Positions 31,047 through 42,770 of a DNA stretch of 64,000 bases are shown here, piece by piece. The stretch is from the NCBI GenBank assembly GCA_037137535.1, contig JBAXKC010000007.1, forward strand, positions 27,037 to 91,036. Direction: 5' to 3'. The notes beneath the pieces are model-generated. The model was not told where the DNA came from, ran no database searches, and saw only the letters and a program-made list of their open reading frames with translations. A program made the position numbers and the translations under genes. Position 1 is the stretch's first letter. Each line of letters opens with the position of its first letter. This stretch comes from a bacterium. GTDB taxonomy: Bacteria; Cyanobacteriota; Vampirovibrionia; Gastranaerophilales; JBAXKC01.

Positions 31047-31562
31047 ATGGGAAAAAGAGGTATAGAAATATTAGGGCTTAACGTCGAACAACTGATAAAA
31101 ACCTTAAATGAAGCATTAAGTGAGGAATGGTTAGCCTATTATCAATATTGGATTGGTGCAAAAGTGATGGAAGGCCCAATGAGATCAGATATTGAATCCG
31201 AACTTCTTCTTCATGCTAATCAAGAACTAAATCATGCAACTTTATTGGCAGACAGAATAATACAATTAGGCGGAGTGCCTGTTTTATCTCCTGATGAGTG
31301 GTCAAAACTTGCAAAATGCAAATATCAATCACCTGAAGATAATTACATCGAATCTGTACTAACTCAAAATCTTGAATCAGAAAGATGTGCTATTCAGAGA
31401 TATAAAGATATTATCGATTCAACAAACGACAAAGACCATACCACTCATCAAATGGCAATTAATATTCTGAATGAAGAAATTGAACATGAGCAGGATCTTG
31501 AAGATTGGATAAAAGATATTAACAGAATTAAAGAACAAGTTAAAAATACAAAATTAACCTAA
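31047..31562 (+). CDS. Ferritin-like Dps-like (DPSL) / bacterioferritin-related protein
   Basis: EEWLAYYQYW, ELNHA..RIIQLGG, ERCAI..Y, EEIEHEQD. Confidence 0.9.
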   Translation: MGKRGIEILGLNVEQLIKTLNEALSEEWLAYYQYWIGAKVMEGPMRSDIESELLLHANQELNHATLLADRIIQLGGVPVLSPDEWSKLAKCKYQSPEDNYIESVLTQNLESERCAIQRYKDIIDSTNDKDHTTHQMAINILNEEIEHEQDLEDWIKDINRIKEQVKNTKLT

Positions 31563-31567
31563 TGTTG

Positions 31568-32152
31568 TTAAGTTAGTCTGTAATCTATTCCGTTAAAGCG
31601 ATTTGAAGCCGTAGTAAGATCATTTTTTATGTAAGTTTCAATCGCTTCTGCGGCTCCATTTACAACATTTGCTAAGAGAGCTTTTTCTGAAACGGCAAAA
31701 GGCTCAAGGACAAAATTTTTCCTTGCAGCTCCACCGGGATCAGGGCCGATTCCAACTTTTAATCGATGAAAATTGTTAAATCCGCCAAAAGAACCTATTA
31801 TTGACTTTATACCGTTATGACCACCGTCACTTCCGCTATTTCTAAATCTTAATCTACCAAGGTCGAGCGCTATATCATCAAAAACAACAAATATATTTTC
31901 TTTTTGCAATTTATACCAGTTTATAATTTTAACAATACTTTCCCCCGAAAGATTCATAAAAGTCATTGGCTCAAGAATAAAGACTTCTTCCCCGCAAATA
32001 TTTCCCTTGCCGACTAAAGCATTGAATTTAGGCTCAAATCTCAAAGATATAGCATGTTTTGAGGCTAACGTCTCAACAGTCATAAAACCTATGTTATGTC
32101 TAGTGTTTTTATACTTATCACCCGGATTGCCGAGTCCTATTATCACTTTCAC
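31568..32152 (-). CDS. pth: Peptidyl-tRNA hydrolase
   Basis: GLGNPG..YKNTRHNIGF, TFMNLSG, GGHNGIKS. Confidence 0.97.
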   Translation of the reverse strand: MKVIIGLGNPGDKYKNTRHNIGFMTVETLASKHAISLRFEPKFNALVGKGNICGEEVFILEPMTFMNLSGESIVKIINWYKLQKENIFVVFDDIALDLGRLRFRNSGSDGGHNGIKSIIGSFGGFNNFHRLKVGIGPDPGGAARKNFVLEPFAVSEKALLANVVNGAAEAIETYIKNDLTTASNRFNGIDYRLT

Positions 32153-32384
32153 TTTTAGTTCTACTCCTATAGGGTAACTTGATGAATAAATTTTTTGTCT
32201 TTTTATTATATTCTCTGTGATAGGAACTATTTTAATTTTATGTTATATTTTTATTGATAATTTAATATATCTAATTGAATAATAACTATTAAAATTACAA
32301 ATCTGCGATTAAAGAGCAATTACCCGATAAAACTATTAAATCAAAAAATAATATAATTAAAAGAGCAAACAATTGGAGGTTAAA

Positions 32385-32960
32385 ATGTCTACTGATAATC
32401 AAATTTCTACCGACACACCTATAAGCGAAAGCAGCACAAGGCTTGTAGATTTCCTTGAAACATCAAATCTGCACAAAAAAGATTTTGCCGAAATGATAGG
32501 TGTTACTCTTTCTTATGTTTATAGCCTTATTGACAGCACTATTTCATTCTCGACAAGAACCACAACACTTGAACGTATTGCGGTTATTATGGGGATAAAT
32601 CCTTCTGAGTTTCCTGAATACAAATCATCAGAAGAGCCTAAACTTGTTGATCCGGGAGTACAGTTTCTGAAACAGAAACAAAGAGAACTTGGATTAAGCA
32701 ATGTACAATTACTAAAACGTTTCCCAAGACAAAAAAGACTTGAAATGGTTGATCTTTGGAGAGGTGCAGAGCCATTACCACTTGATTGGAATGACCTTGC
32801 CGCTGTTGCAGAAGTTTTAGAATTGTCTTCAAAAGACATCTATCCATATTGGCAAGCAAGACTACAACAATATCTTGTAGTTGGAGGTATTGACCTTTTT
32901 GCTAATACAGGATTAATTAATGCGATGTTTGAGGGAGCAAAAAGCTATTTAAAAATATAG
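32385..32960 (+). CDS. XRE-like helix-turn-helix protein
   Basis: RBS GGAGG; KKDFAEMIGVTLSYVYSL HTH; possible second degenerate HTH. Confidence 0.75.
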   Translation: MSTDNQISTDTPISESSTRLVDFLETSNLHKKDFAEMIGVTLSYVYSLIDSTISFSTRTTTLERIAVIMGINPSEFPEYKSSEEPKLVDPGVQFLKQKQRELGLSNVQLLKRFPRQKRLEMVDLWRGAEPLPLDWNDLAAVAEVLELSSKDIYPYWQARLQQYLVVGGIDLFANTGLINAMFEGAKSYLKI

Positions 32961-33087
32961 ACTTTTTACGCATTATTTTTACTCAAAATTGCATTAAGAT
33001 AGAAGTATCTTGAATCAAACCGATCTTAAAAGTGAAATACTGATATTCTCAGATTAACGGATAAGGTCGGTTTTTTCTATCCTCTAA

Positions 33088-33120
33088 CTAAAACCTCACT
33101 ATTAATTAGTGAGGTTTTAG
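33088..33120. terminator. Hairpin between convergent genes
   Basis: CTAAAACCTCACTA/TAGTGAGGTTTTAG perfect 14-bp inverted repeat. Confidence 0.7.
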
Positions 33121-33143
33121 ACTGTTATATTTATAATTTTTTA

Positions 33144-33800
33144 TTAAAACAAATTAAATATAGATGCAACGCTGACTAATGCAACATCAGAAATTAAATT
33201 TGCAGCAGTCCAAAAAACATGTGAAGCACCTGGAATAATGCATAGAACTAAAAATAAAAGAAGATATCCATTATTTCCAATTTTTTCATAGATTTTATTA
33301 ACGGCAGGAATCAAATATTTAGCAATATGACTACCCTCCAGCGGTGGTAAAGGAATTAAAGTAAATAATGCTAATACGGCATTTGCCTGACTACCTGTCT
33401 GAAAACAAAATAACAGGTTCTTTTTTACATGTACAGGAATAAAAGATAAATTATTTTTCAAACAAACTATATATAATAAAGAAAAGACAAAAACCATAAC
33501 CAAACTCGCAAGTGGTCCTGCTAAGCTGACAAGGGCTTTGCTGTATTTATGCTTATATGTTTTGTTCTCCATATCAAAAGAATCCCAAAACATTCCAAAT
33601 AAAACCAGTAGAATAAGCGACATATAATTCAAATAATAAACAGGATTAAAAGAAAAATAATCTTTTCTTTTAATGGCTAAATCAGTTTGTTTATAGGAAA
33701 CAGCAGCATGAGCTAATTGATGAATATAAGCCGAAATTATGACTATAACAATCCAAGTAATATAAAGTTGAAAATCTGTAAATAAATATTGTATAAACAT
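33144..33800 (-). CDS. Site-2 protease (M50) family membrane protein, degenerate active site
   Basis: IHQLAH, VSLAGP, LFTLIPLPPLEGS. Confidence 0.8.
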   Translation of the reverse strand: MFIQYLFTDFQLYITWIVIVIISAYIHQLAHAAVSYKQTDLAIKRKDYFSFNPVYYLNYMSLILLVLFGMFWDSFDMENKTYKHKYSKALVSLAGPLASLVMVFVFSLLYIVCLKNNLSFIPVHVKKNLLFCFQTGSQANAVLALFTLIPLPPLEGSHIAKYLIPAVNKIYEKIGNNGYLLLFLVLCIIPGASHVFWTAANLISDVALVSVASIFNLF

Positions 33801-34008
33801 TTTTAAATTCCTATCCTTTAAACCTATTATAATCTCTAAACAATAGATTTATACCAACTATTTTAACGAAAATTTAATAAGTTTCAAAATAATGTAAAAT
33901 ATTTAAAAAAACATGTATAAAAATTTCAAAAGGACTATCAATATTTTTTATTTTTGGTTTTTAAGCACTTATCAAGATTTTTATTAGTGAAAGTTTAGAG
34001 TGAATTAT

Positions 34009-35235
34009 ATGATTTATTCGATTAAGCCACAAACAAACTTGCAATATCACAACAAGAAAGTCGAAAATAAAAACATCAATAACTTCTCTAATAATGCTTC
34101 GTCAAAAAGCATCAATTTTACAGGAAATAATCCTGATCTTGCAACAAAAATTGCGAAATCCATACCTGATGGAGTTTTTACATTTAAACCAATTCAAGGA
34201 TTGTTTAAACTTGCACAAAAAGATTTAGCCTTATTTGATGCGGTTTTAACATTCGCATTGGTGGCGTCAATAAGACCATTAACGATTATGGCAATGCCTG
34301 GCGCAAGCAAAGAAGATAAACAATATGCCGCTACAAAAGCTATGGCTGGTGGAGCAATTGGCTTAGGTTTAACAGCCTTACTTTTTACTCCCGTTACAAA
34401 AGCTGTTAAAGGTGTATCAAAAGAACTGTTTAAAGGACTTGCTAACTCCGAGAAGAAAGAAAAAGCCTTTGAATATTTAATGAATTATGGTGCTAAGTTT
34501 ATTATTGCACCGCTTCAAGCCTTTTTACTGGTGGAATCAATTCATCCTATTATGGATTTAGTATTCCCTAAGAAAAACAAGAAAACAGAAGAAAAAAAAT
34601 CTACTGAAAAGGCCTTTACCTCAAACCAAACTGTTAAATCAAATAATTCCGCAAGTTTACTTAACATTCTTGAAGAAGCTAATAAAAATAAATCCTTAAA
34701 AACTGAAAACAGAACTGCTTTATTCTCACAAAAACCGACTGCTAAAGTTACAAGCTTTGGTGGACTTCAATCTTTCTTTGATAATTTAATTAAAGAAAAC
34801 CCTGCTACTAAAAAAACTAATCTTGATACAATTAAAAAATTTGCTCCCGCTATATCAGGGTTATGGTTAGAAGGTTGTTATTCTACGGCTTCTATCTCTT
34901 CCGACAAAATACCTAAAGAAAGAAAAGCTCCATTAGTAATCAATCTTTTATTTACTGGAGTAACTTCTGCGATCGGAAGTATTGCATTAGCTCCGTTTAT
35001 TGAAAAATGTGAAGTTGCACTTGTAAAAAGATTTAATGAAATTAATGGAATTAAAGCTCTTGAACAACAAGAACGAACTGTATTAGGCGAAGGCTTAAAA
35101 GCAATGCCACATATTGCAATAGCAGCAATACTTTTACATTATATTTGTCCTGTAATAGCTACACCTATTGCAGATAAAGTGAATAAATTCCTTATTAAGC
35201 AAAATATCCTTAAAGCTCCTGACACTAAAAAATAA
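34009..35235 (+). CDS. Hypothetical membrane protein with two tandem hydrophobic units
   Basis: Long ORF; Asn-rich leader ending SINFTG, second linker ending VTSFGG, several hydrophobic helices. Confidence 0.75.
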   Translation: MIYSIKPQTNLQYHNKKVENKNINNFSNNASSKSINFTGNNPDLATKIAKSIPDGVFTFKPIQGLFKLAQKDLALFDAVLTFALVASIRPLTIMAMPGASKEDKQYAATKAMAGGAIGLGLTALLFTPVTKAVKGVSKELFKGLANSEKKEKAFEYLMNYGAKFIIAPLQAFLLVESIHPIMDLVFPKKNKKTEEKKSTEKAFTSNQTVKSNNSASLLNILEEANKNKSLKTENRTALFSQKPTAKVTSFGGLQSFFDNLIKENPATKKTNLDTIKKFAPAISGLWLEGCYSTASISSDKIPKERKAPLVINLLFTGVTSAIGSIALAPFIEKCEVALVKRFNEINGIKALEQQERTVLGEGLKAMPHIAIAAILLHYICPVIATPIADKVNKFLIKQNILKAPDTKK

Positions 35236-35387
35236 TTAACTCGAGTCGCTAATTCAAATTATCAAAAACCCTCCCGCAGCACCCATAAGTGGCAAAGAGG
35301 CGATGCACCTTTGCATTTCTATATATTTTTGATAATTTAAAACTTAATAATAAGACCTTTGATTATTTGGCGACTGAAGTTAATTAT
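35232..35387. repeat. MITE-like element with nested inverted repeats
   Basis: Outer 21-bp IR (18/21) at 35232-35252 and 35367-35387; inner perfect 13-bp IR at 35256-35268 and 35326-35338; GC-richer core. Confidence 0.55.
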
Positions 35388-35388
35388 C

Positions 35389-36777
35389 TTATTGTCCTAA
35401 AAGATTTATTATTTTATCTTCTAAATCTTTGGCGCACTTGGATTGCCCGCTATAATTCTGTATTAAGATTACAAAACTATATGTTTTATCCGTTTGCAAA
35501 TATCCTGTTATTCCGCTAACTCCCGATAAAGTTCCTGTTTTTGCGAAAACCTTAAAAGTAGAAGTTTTTAATCTGGCTTGAAGTGTCCCATATTGCTGTG
35601 GCTGAGCAAGAGAATTAACATAAATATCCGACAAATTACTCTTATAAAGCCTACATAAAGCCAAACTCATCCAATCGGACTGCATTAAGTTATAATGCGA
35701 AACACCACTTGCATCAACAAGTTTTAAATCATTAAGATTCATCCCTAAATTAGAATAAAACGAATTAAAAGCCTTAAAACCATTCATAGTAGAACCTTGT
35801 GAGTGAGTAAATTCACCACCCGCAAGTTTAAAAAGAGTTTCAGCACCCATGTTGTCGCTTTTATGATTAATAGAAGCAACTTCGTCACTTAAATTATGCT
35901 CTATGCTATTAATCAAAATAACATCTTGAGGCGTTTTTTCTATTTGAACATCTCCGTTAAACTCAATATTATTAGCTTTTATTATCTGTTTAAGATTTTC
36001 AATAAAATATTTTTTTGTGTTTTCTACAGGAATATAAGTTTCAGTCGGAGTTTTTATCTCGCCTAAAATATCTAAAGCCTCTGAATTTTGAGTAGATTTT
36101 TCAACAATTATATTATTTTTTGTTGAAGTTATAGCATTATTTATAATATTTATCTGATAAGGTAAATCAACCATTACTTGTGGAGGAAAACCCTTTTGAG
36201 CAGGTAAAATTTTAACTTTGAATAAATTATGGTTAAGGTTATAAGAACTGAATTTAGGCATTGATTCATCGTTATTATCATCCCACATCCAGCCTTTGCC
36301 CCACTCTTTATTATCGATAACACTATCATCAATAATCATTGAGCCTTTAATGCGGTCAATACCTTTATTTTTAAGAGTTTTAAACATATCCGACAAATCA
36401 TTAGAGGTTAAAAAAGGATCAGCAGATAGTTTTAAATATAAATTGTCATTATTTGACGACTTATATAAATTTGTAGCTATTTTATAATCTTTCCCTAATG
36501 TATTTAACACAACAGGTGTAGTAAAGGCTTTCAAAGTCGAAGCAGGATGTAATAATAATCGGCTATTTCTTTCATAAATAATATTTTCGCTGTTAACGTC
36601 CCTAATTGACACAGCTATAATTGATTTTTGAGATAAAACACTATTATTAATAACTTTATCAAGAGAATTAACCAAATTTTCTTGAGCAAAAGCGTTATTA
36701 TTTAAGACAGCAAACCATAAAAAAATGGTCAATAAGATTTTGTTTATTTTTATTTTTTGCCAAAATAGTTTAAGCAT
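35389..36777 (-). CDS. dacB: D-alanyl-D-alanine carboxypeptidase/endopeptidase PBP4 (S13)
   Basis: PASTLK (SxxK), KSDN (SxN), AKTGTL. Confidence 0.93.
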   Translation of the reverse strand: MLKLFWQKIKINKILLTIFLWFAVLNNNAFAQENLVNSLDKVINNSVLSQKSIIAVSIRDVNSENIIYERNSRLLLHPASTLKAFTTPVVLNTLGKDYKIATNLYKSSNNDNLYLKLSADPFLTSNDLSDMFKTLKNKGIDRIKGSMIIDDSVIDNKEWGKGWMWDDNNDESMPKFSSYNLNHNLFKVKILPAQKGFPPQVMVDLPYQINIINNAITSTKNNIIVEKSTQNSEALDILGEIKTPTETYIPVENTKKYFIENLKQIIKANNIEFNGDVQIEKTPQDVILINSIEHNLSDEVASINHKSDNMGAETLFKLAGGEFTHSQGSTMNGFKAFNSFYSNLGMNLNDLKLVDASGVSHYNLMQSDWMSLALCRLYKSNLSDIYVNSLAQPQQYGTLQARLKTSTFKVFAKTGTLSGVSGITGYLQTDKTYSFVILIQNYSGQSKCAKDLEDKIINLLGQ

Positions 36778-36880
36778 CTTAATACCTTATTAACAAAACA
36801 AGTCAGATTAATCTATTATAGCAAAAACCCCAGAAGTCATAATAACTCTGAGGTTTCTGAAAGTTAAGTTTAGATTAATC

Positions 36881-37441
36881 CTAACCGAAGTATCTTTCTA
36901 ATAAGCCTTTGAAAGCCATACCGTGTCTAGCTTCATCTTTACACATTTCGTGAACTGTATCATGAATTGCATCAAGATTTAATTCTTTAGCTCTTGTAGC
37001 GATTTTTTTCTTACCGTTGCAAGCGCCAAATTCAGCTTCAACTCTCATTTCAAGGTTTCTTTTTGTGCTTCCTTCTAAAACATCACCAAGAAGTTCAGCA
37101 AATCTAGCAGCGTGATCAGCTTCTTCAAAAGCTATTCTTTTGTAAGCTTCAGCGATTTCAGGAAAGCCTTCTCTATCCGCTTGTCTGCTCATAGCTAAGT
37201 ACATACCGACTTCTGTACATTCGCCGATAAAATTAGCATTTAAGCCTTCAAGAATTTCAGCATCAACACCTTTAGCTACTCCAAGTCTATGTTCGTCAGC
37301 CCATGACATTTGATTGTTTTGTTTTTCTTCAAATTTACTTGCAGGGGCTTTACATTGTGGACAACTTTCAGGAGCGCAAGCACCTTCATGAACATATCCG
37401 CAAATTGTACAAACAAACTTTTTAACAGCTACTTCAGTCAT
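36881..37441 (-). CDS. Reverse rubrerythrin / NADH peroxidase
   Basis: N-terminal rubredoxin CTICG..CPQC, ferritin-like [21 protein letters not shown]. Confidence 0.94.
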   Translation of the reverse strand: MTEVAVKKFVCTICGYVHEGACAPESCPQCKAPASKFEEKQNNQMSWADEHRLGVAKGVDAEILEGLNANFIGECTEVGMYLAMSRQADREGFPEIAEAYKRIAFEEADHAARFAELLGDVLEGSTKRNLEMRVEAEFGACNGKKKIATRAKELNLDAIHDTVHEMCKDEARHGMAFKGLLERYFG

Positions 37442-37507
37442 TTCTAATCTCCAATTAAAACTAATACGTAATATTCATTTATCTAATCTAGAAAGCTATT
37501 TCTTAAT

Positions 37508-37544
37508 TTGTAATGATTATAAATTAAGCGAAAATAATTTGCAA
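37508..37544 (-). promoter_or_regulatory. Sigma70 promoter with overlapping PerR/Fur-type box
   Basis: TTGCAA-N17-TATAAT; TTGTAATGATTATAA at 37508-37522 differs by one base from the Bacillus Per box TTATAATnATTATAA. Confidence 0.75.
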
Positions 37545-37567
37545 GCAAAATAAACTTTTTTTCAAAA

Positions 37568-38692
37568 TTATTTTTCAACTGCAAATTTATTATTAAAAAC
37601 CTCCAATGCTTGTTCGACTATCTGATCCATATTGTAATATTTATATTCAGCTAATCTCCCGATAAATGTCACTTCTTTGTGTTTTTTTGCTTCAGTTGAA
37701 TACAATTCATATTTTTTTGAATTTTCTTCATTAGGAATTGGATAATAAGGATCATTTTCCCCTTGAACAAAAGCTTGCGGATATTCTACCGCAATTGTTG
37801 TTGAAGAAGATTTTGTATTAAGAAAATGTTTATATTCCGTTATTCTTGTAAAATCATAATTTTCAGGATAGTTTGTTACCGCTTTTTCTTGATAATATTC
37901 GGTATTAAACTCTTTTGAATCAAAATACAAACTTCTGTATGGCAATTGACCATGGCTGAACTCGAAATATTCGTCCATTTGACCTGTAAAGACAATATGT
38001 TTAAAGGTTATTTCTTTTGAAAGCTCTTTAAACTCGGTATTTAATCGGACTTTTATATTTTTATGCTCCAGCATTTTTTCAACCATCACAGTATAGCCAT
38101 TAGAAGGGATTCCTTGATATTTATCTTGAAAATACCTGTCATCTCTACTTATATAAACGGGAATTCTTGCAGTTACCTTTTCATCAAGATCTTCAGGAGT
38201 TACCCCCCATTGCTTAAGGGTATATTCAAGAAAAACTTTTTTATACACATATTCATATAAAAATTTTAAATCTTTATCATCAGTCTTTTTTAAATTTAAT
38301 ATAGAAACTTTGGTATTAAATCCAAAATTCTCAATAAGTTTTTCTTCAAGCCTTGTCGCAAGACTATTTGGAAATACCTTATAAATTGAGTTCAAGTTAA
38401 AAGGTAAAGGCACTTCAATTCCGTCAACAACAGCATTTACCTTGTGAAAATATATATGCCAGTCGGTGAAGTCGCTTAAATAATTCCAAACTATTTTATT
38501 ATTTGTATGAAATATATGCGGGCCATATTTATGAATGATAATTCCATTTTTATCAATATAATCGTAACTGTTTCCAGCAACATGAGGCTTTCGGTCAATT
38601 ATCAAAACTTTTTTCTTTAATACCGTTGCGGCTCTTTCAGCAAAAACACAACCTGCTAAACCTGCACCGACAATAAGAAAATCAAAATCCAT
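37568..38692 (-). CDS. glf: UDP-galactopyranose mutase
   Basis: VGAGLAG, HKYGPHIFHT, YFQDKYQGIP, GRLAEYKYYNMD. Confidence 0.96.
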   Translation of the reverse strand: MDFDFLIVGAGLAGCVFAERAATVLKKKVLIIDRKPHVAGNSYDYIDKNGIIIHKYGPHIFHTNNKIVWNYLSDFTDWHIYFHKVNAVVDGIEVPLPFNLNSIYKVFPNSLATRLEEKLIENFGFNTKVSILNLKKTDDKDLKFLYEYVYKKVFLEYTLKQWGVTPEDLDEKVTARIPVYISRDDRYFQDKYQGIPSNGYTVMVEKMLEHKNIKVRLNTEFKELSKEITFKHIVFTGQMDEYFEFSHGQLPYRSLYFDSKEFNTEYYQEKAVTNYPENYDFTRITEYKHFLNTKSSSTTIAVEYPQAFVQGENDPYYPIPNEENSKKYELYSTEAKKHKEVTFIGRLAEYKYYNMDQIVEQALEVFNNKFAVEK

Positions 38693-38790
38693 TGATATAA
38701 CCTCTAAAACATTCTTCGTTGTATCAGCCGAAATTGATTATATAACGATAGTCAATTTATTTAATCATACATTGATAGCATTTAAAACAA

Positions 38791-38816
38791 AAACAGACTG
38801 TTTGATTAAACAGTCT
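38791..38816 (-). terminator. Intrinsic terminator after guaA
   Basis: AGACTGTTT/AAACAGTCT stem, T-run on minus strand. Confidence 0.65.
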
Positions 38817-38838
38817 ATCTTAATCTATTTATATATAG

Positions 38839-40395
38839 TTATTCCCACTCAATAGTCCCAGGTGGTTTTGAAGTTATATCATATACAACTCTGTTTATGC
38901 CTTTTACTTCGTTAATAATCCTGCTAGAAATTGTGCCGAGTATCTCATAAGGAATATGTGACCAATCAGCCGTCATTCCGTCAACACTTCCAACAATTCT
39001 TACTGCGCAAGTGTCTTCGTAAGTTCTCTCATCACCCATAACACCAACTGATTTTACAGGAAGAAGAACAGCGAAAGACTGCCATACTTTTGTGTAAAGA
39101 CCTGCTTTTTTAATTTCGTCAACAACAATATTATCAGCCTGTCTTAAAACATCAAGTTTTTCTTTTGTGATATCACCAAGAACTCTTATAGCAAGACCTG
39201 GCCCGGGGAAAGGCTGACGGTTGATAACTTCATCAGGAACTCCGAGTTCTTTACCTACAAGTCTTACTTCATCTTTAAATAACTCTCTGAATGGCTCAAT
39301 AAGTTTGAGATTCATTTTTTCAGGTAATCCGCCAACATTATGATGACTTTTAATTACCGCTGAAGGCCCTTTTAATGAAACGCTTTCTATAACATCTGGA
39401 TAAAGTGTTCCTTGAGCTAAAAACTTAACATTTTCAAGTTTATTTGCTTCTTCTTCAAAGATTTCAATAAATTCATAGCCGATAAGTTTTCTTTTTTGTT
39501 CAGGATCGCTTATATCTTTAAGTTTTTCAAGGAATCTGTCTTCAGCGTCAACGTAGATTAAATCAATATGGAAGTTATCTCTAAAGATTTTAATTACTTT
39601 TTCTGCTTCATTTTGTCTTAAAACGCCATTATTTACAAAAATACATTTAAGTTGGTGTCCAACCGCTCTATGAAGTAATACAGCAGCTACAGAAGAGTCA
39701 ACACCACCGCTAAGACCGCAAATAATAGTTTTATCGCCGACTTTTTCTCTTATTTCTTTTATTTGAGTGTCGATAAAGTTCTTCATATTCCAATTTGGAT
39801 CACATTTACAAACTTCAAACAAGAAATTTCCGATAATTTCAGTACCATTTGTTGAATGAACAACTTCAGGGTGGAACTGAACACCGTATATATTTTTTTC
39901 ATAATTTGCAATTGCAGTAAATGCAGTATTATCACTTAATGCAATCTGTACAAATCCTTCAGGAATCGCGTCAACTTTATCGCCATGGCTCATCCATACG
40001 TCAAACTTTTGACCAAGCTCGAAAGATTTAAAAATCCCTTGATTTTCAATTATTTCAATAGCTGCTCTTCCGTATTCTCTTTTTTGGGAAGGAACTACTT
40101 TTCCACCTAAGAAAAAGGAAGTAAGCTGCATCCCATAACAAATACCTAAAATAGGCAATCCGAGATTAAACACTTCTCTTGTGCAATAAGGAGCATTTTC
40201 TTCATATACGCTTGAAGGGCCACCTGAAAGGATTATACCTTTAGGGTTGAACTCTTTTATTTTTTCTAAATCATAGTTGAACGGGTGAATTTCACAATAT
40301 ACATTTAGTTCTCTGACTCGTCTGGCAATTAATTGGGTATATTGAGAACCAAAGTCTAAAATTAATATCTTATCCAGATTTATATTATCCAGCAT
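38839..40395 (-). CDS. guaA: GMP synthase (glutamine-hydrolysing)
   Basis: [36 protein letters not shown]. Confidence 0.98.
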   Translation of the reverse strand: MLDNINLDKILILDFGSQYTQLIARRVRELNVYCEIHPFNYDLEKIKEFNPKGIILSGGPSSVYEENAPYCTREVFNLGLPILGICYGMQLTSFFLGGKVVPSQKREYGRAAIEIIENQGIFKSFELGQKFDVWMSHGDKVDAIPEGFVQIALSDNTAFTAIANYEKNIYGVQFHPEVVHSTNGTEIIGNFLFEVCKCDPNWNMKNFIDTQIKEIREKVGDKTIICGLSGGVDSSVAAVLLHRAVGHQLKCIFVNNGVLRQNEAEKVIKIFRDNFHIDLIYVDAEDRFLEKLKDISDPEQKRKLIGYEFIEIFEEEANKLENVKFLAQGTLYPDVIESVSLKGPSAVIKSHHNVGGLPEKMNLKLIEPFRELFKDEVRLVGKELGVPDEVINRQPFPGPGLAIRVLGDITKEKLDVLRQADNIVVDEIKKAGLYTKVWQSFAVLLPVKSVGVMGDERTYEDTCAVRIVGSVDGMTADWSHIPYEILGTISSRIINEVKGINRVVYDITSKPPGTIEWE

Positions 40396-40427
40396 TTAAT
40401 TTTCCTCTTTTAACAATAAAAACGATA

Positions 40428-41894
<1,467 letters not shown>

Positions 41895-42104
41895 TCATGC
41901 TCCAATCTAATTGTTTAAGGTTGTGTTTTACATGTTAAGTCTAAACGATTTTAAAAATTTACCTGTTTTTGAAAAAAATTTTGAAAATATTATATTAACG
42001 ATAAAAAATAAATCATTTAGAATATTAAGTCAATAATTTTTATTTTAAAGTCCCTGTTTTTATTTGATCTATATACAGGAGTGCCCCCTATTAGGAGGCA
42101 CACT

Positions 42105-42425
42105 TTAATTATTTATCGCTTTTTCGTCCTGCTTTATATATTGGCACAAAGTTTCCAACCTTTTATCTTCCATTTGCGCAATCAGCTCGTCAATATGCTT
42201 TATTTTCCCAAGACCGAGGCTTATTTCTGCAAGAAGGACACAATCATTACAAAGTTTTTTGTCCTCATACAATAATGAACCTGCTAAAATTTTATCCTCA
42301 CCACAACAGGCACAATCAAATTCTTCAAAAGCCGCATCTCCATATTCGTTGATATCGTCTTCTTTCATTTGCTCAACAGCTTGCTGAGTAGATTCTATAA
42401 ATTCTATTTTTTCTTGGTTATCCAT
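42105..42425 (-). CDS. Small acidic hypothetical protein, possible Zn-binding (CxCC...CxxC)
   Basis: RBS AGGA before ATG 42425; CACC and CNDC motifs; hairpin at 42081-42101 downstream. Confidence 0.75.
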   Translation of the reverse strand: MDNQEKIEFIESTQQAVEQMKEDDINEYGDAAFEEFDCACCGEDKILAGSLLYEDKKLCNDCVLLAEISLGLGKIKHIDELIAQMEDKRLETLCQYIKQDEKAINN

Positions 42426-42770
42426 TTTTAACATCCTACAGATAATTAATAATAGTTTACTATAAAATAAATTACTTTTTAGCAATTATTAATTTCTATA
42501 AATTTTCTTACTCTTTATATGTTAAAAAGTTTCTTACTATTTTCATAGAAAATCTAGTCTATGACTTTATTCGGTTTCTCTTCTCCATAATAATTTTCGT
42601 GTGTTTACTTCATCTCAATTCACTTTTTTTAAAAATTTAACGAAATTGTAGTCATTTCTTCTATTATTAGGTGTATTAGCCTTTTGGTGAATTTAATAAT
42701 TCTATTTTCAATGAAGTATATTCTTAGAGTAATTTATTTAAAGTAACTATAATTGAAAGTTCATTATTAA

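Noticed and set aside
35289-35519. 76-aa plus-strand ORF
   Set aside because: Starts within the inverted-repeat element and runs antisense into dacB
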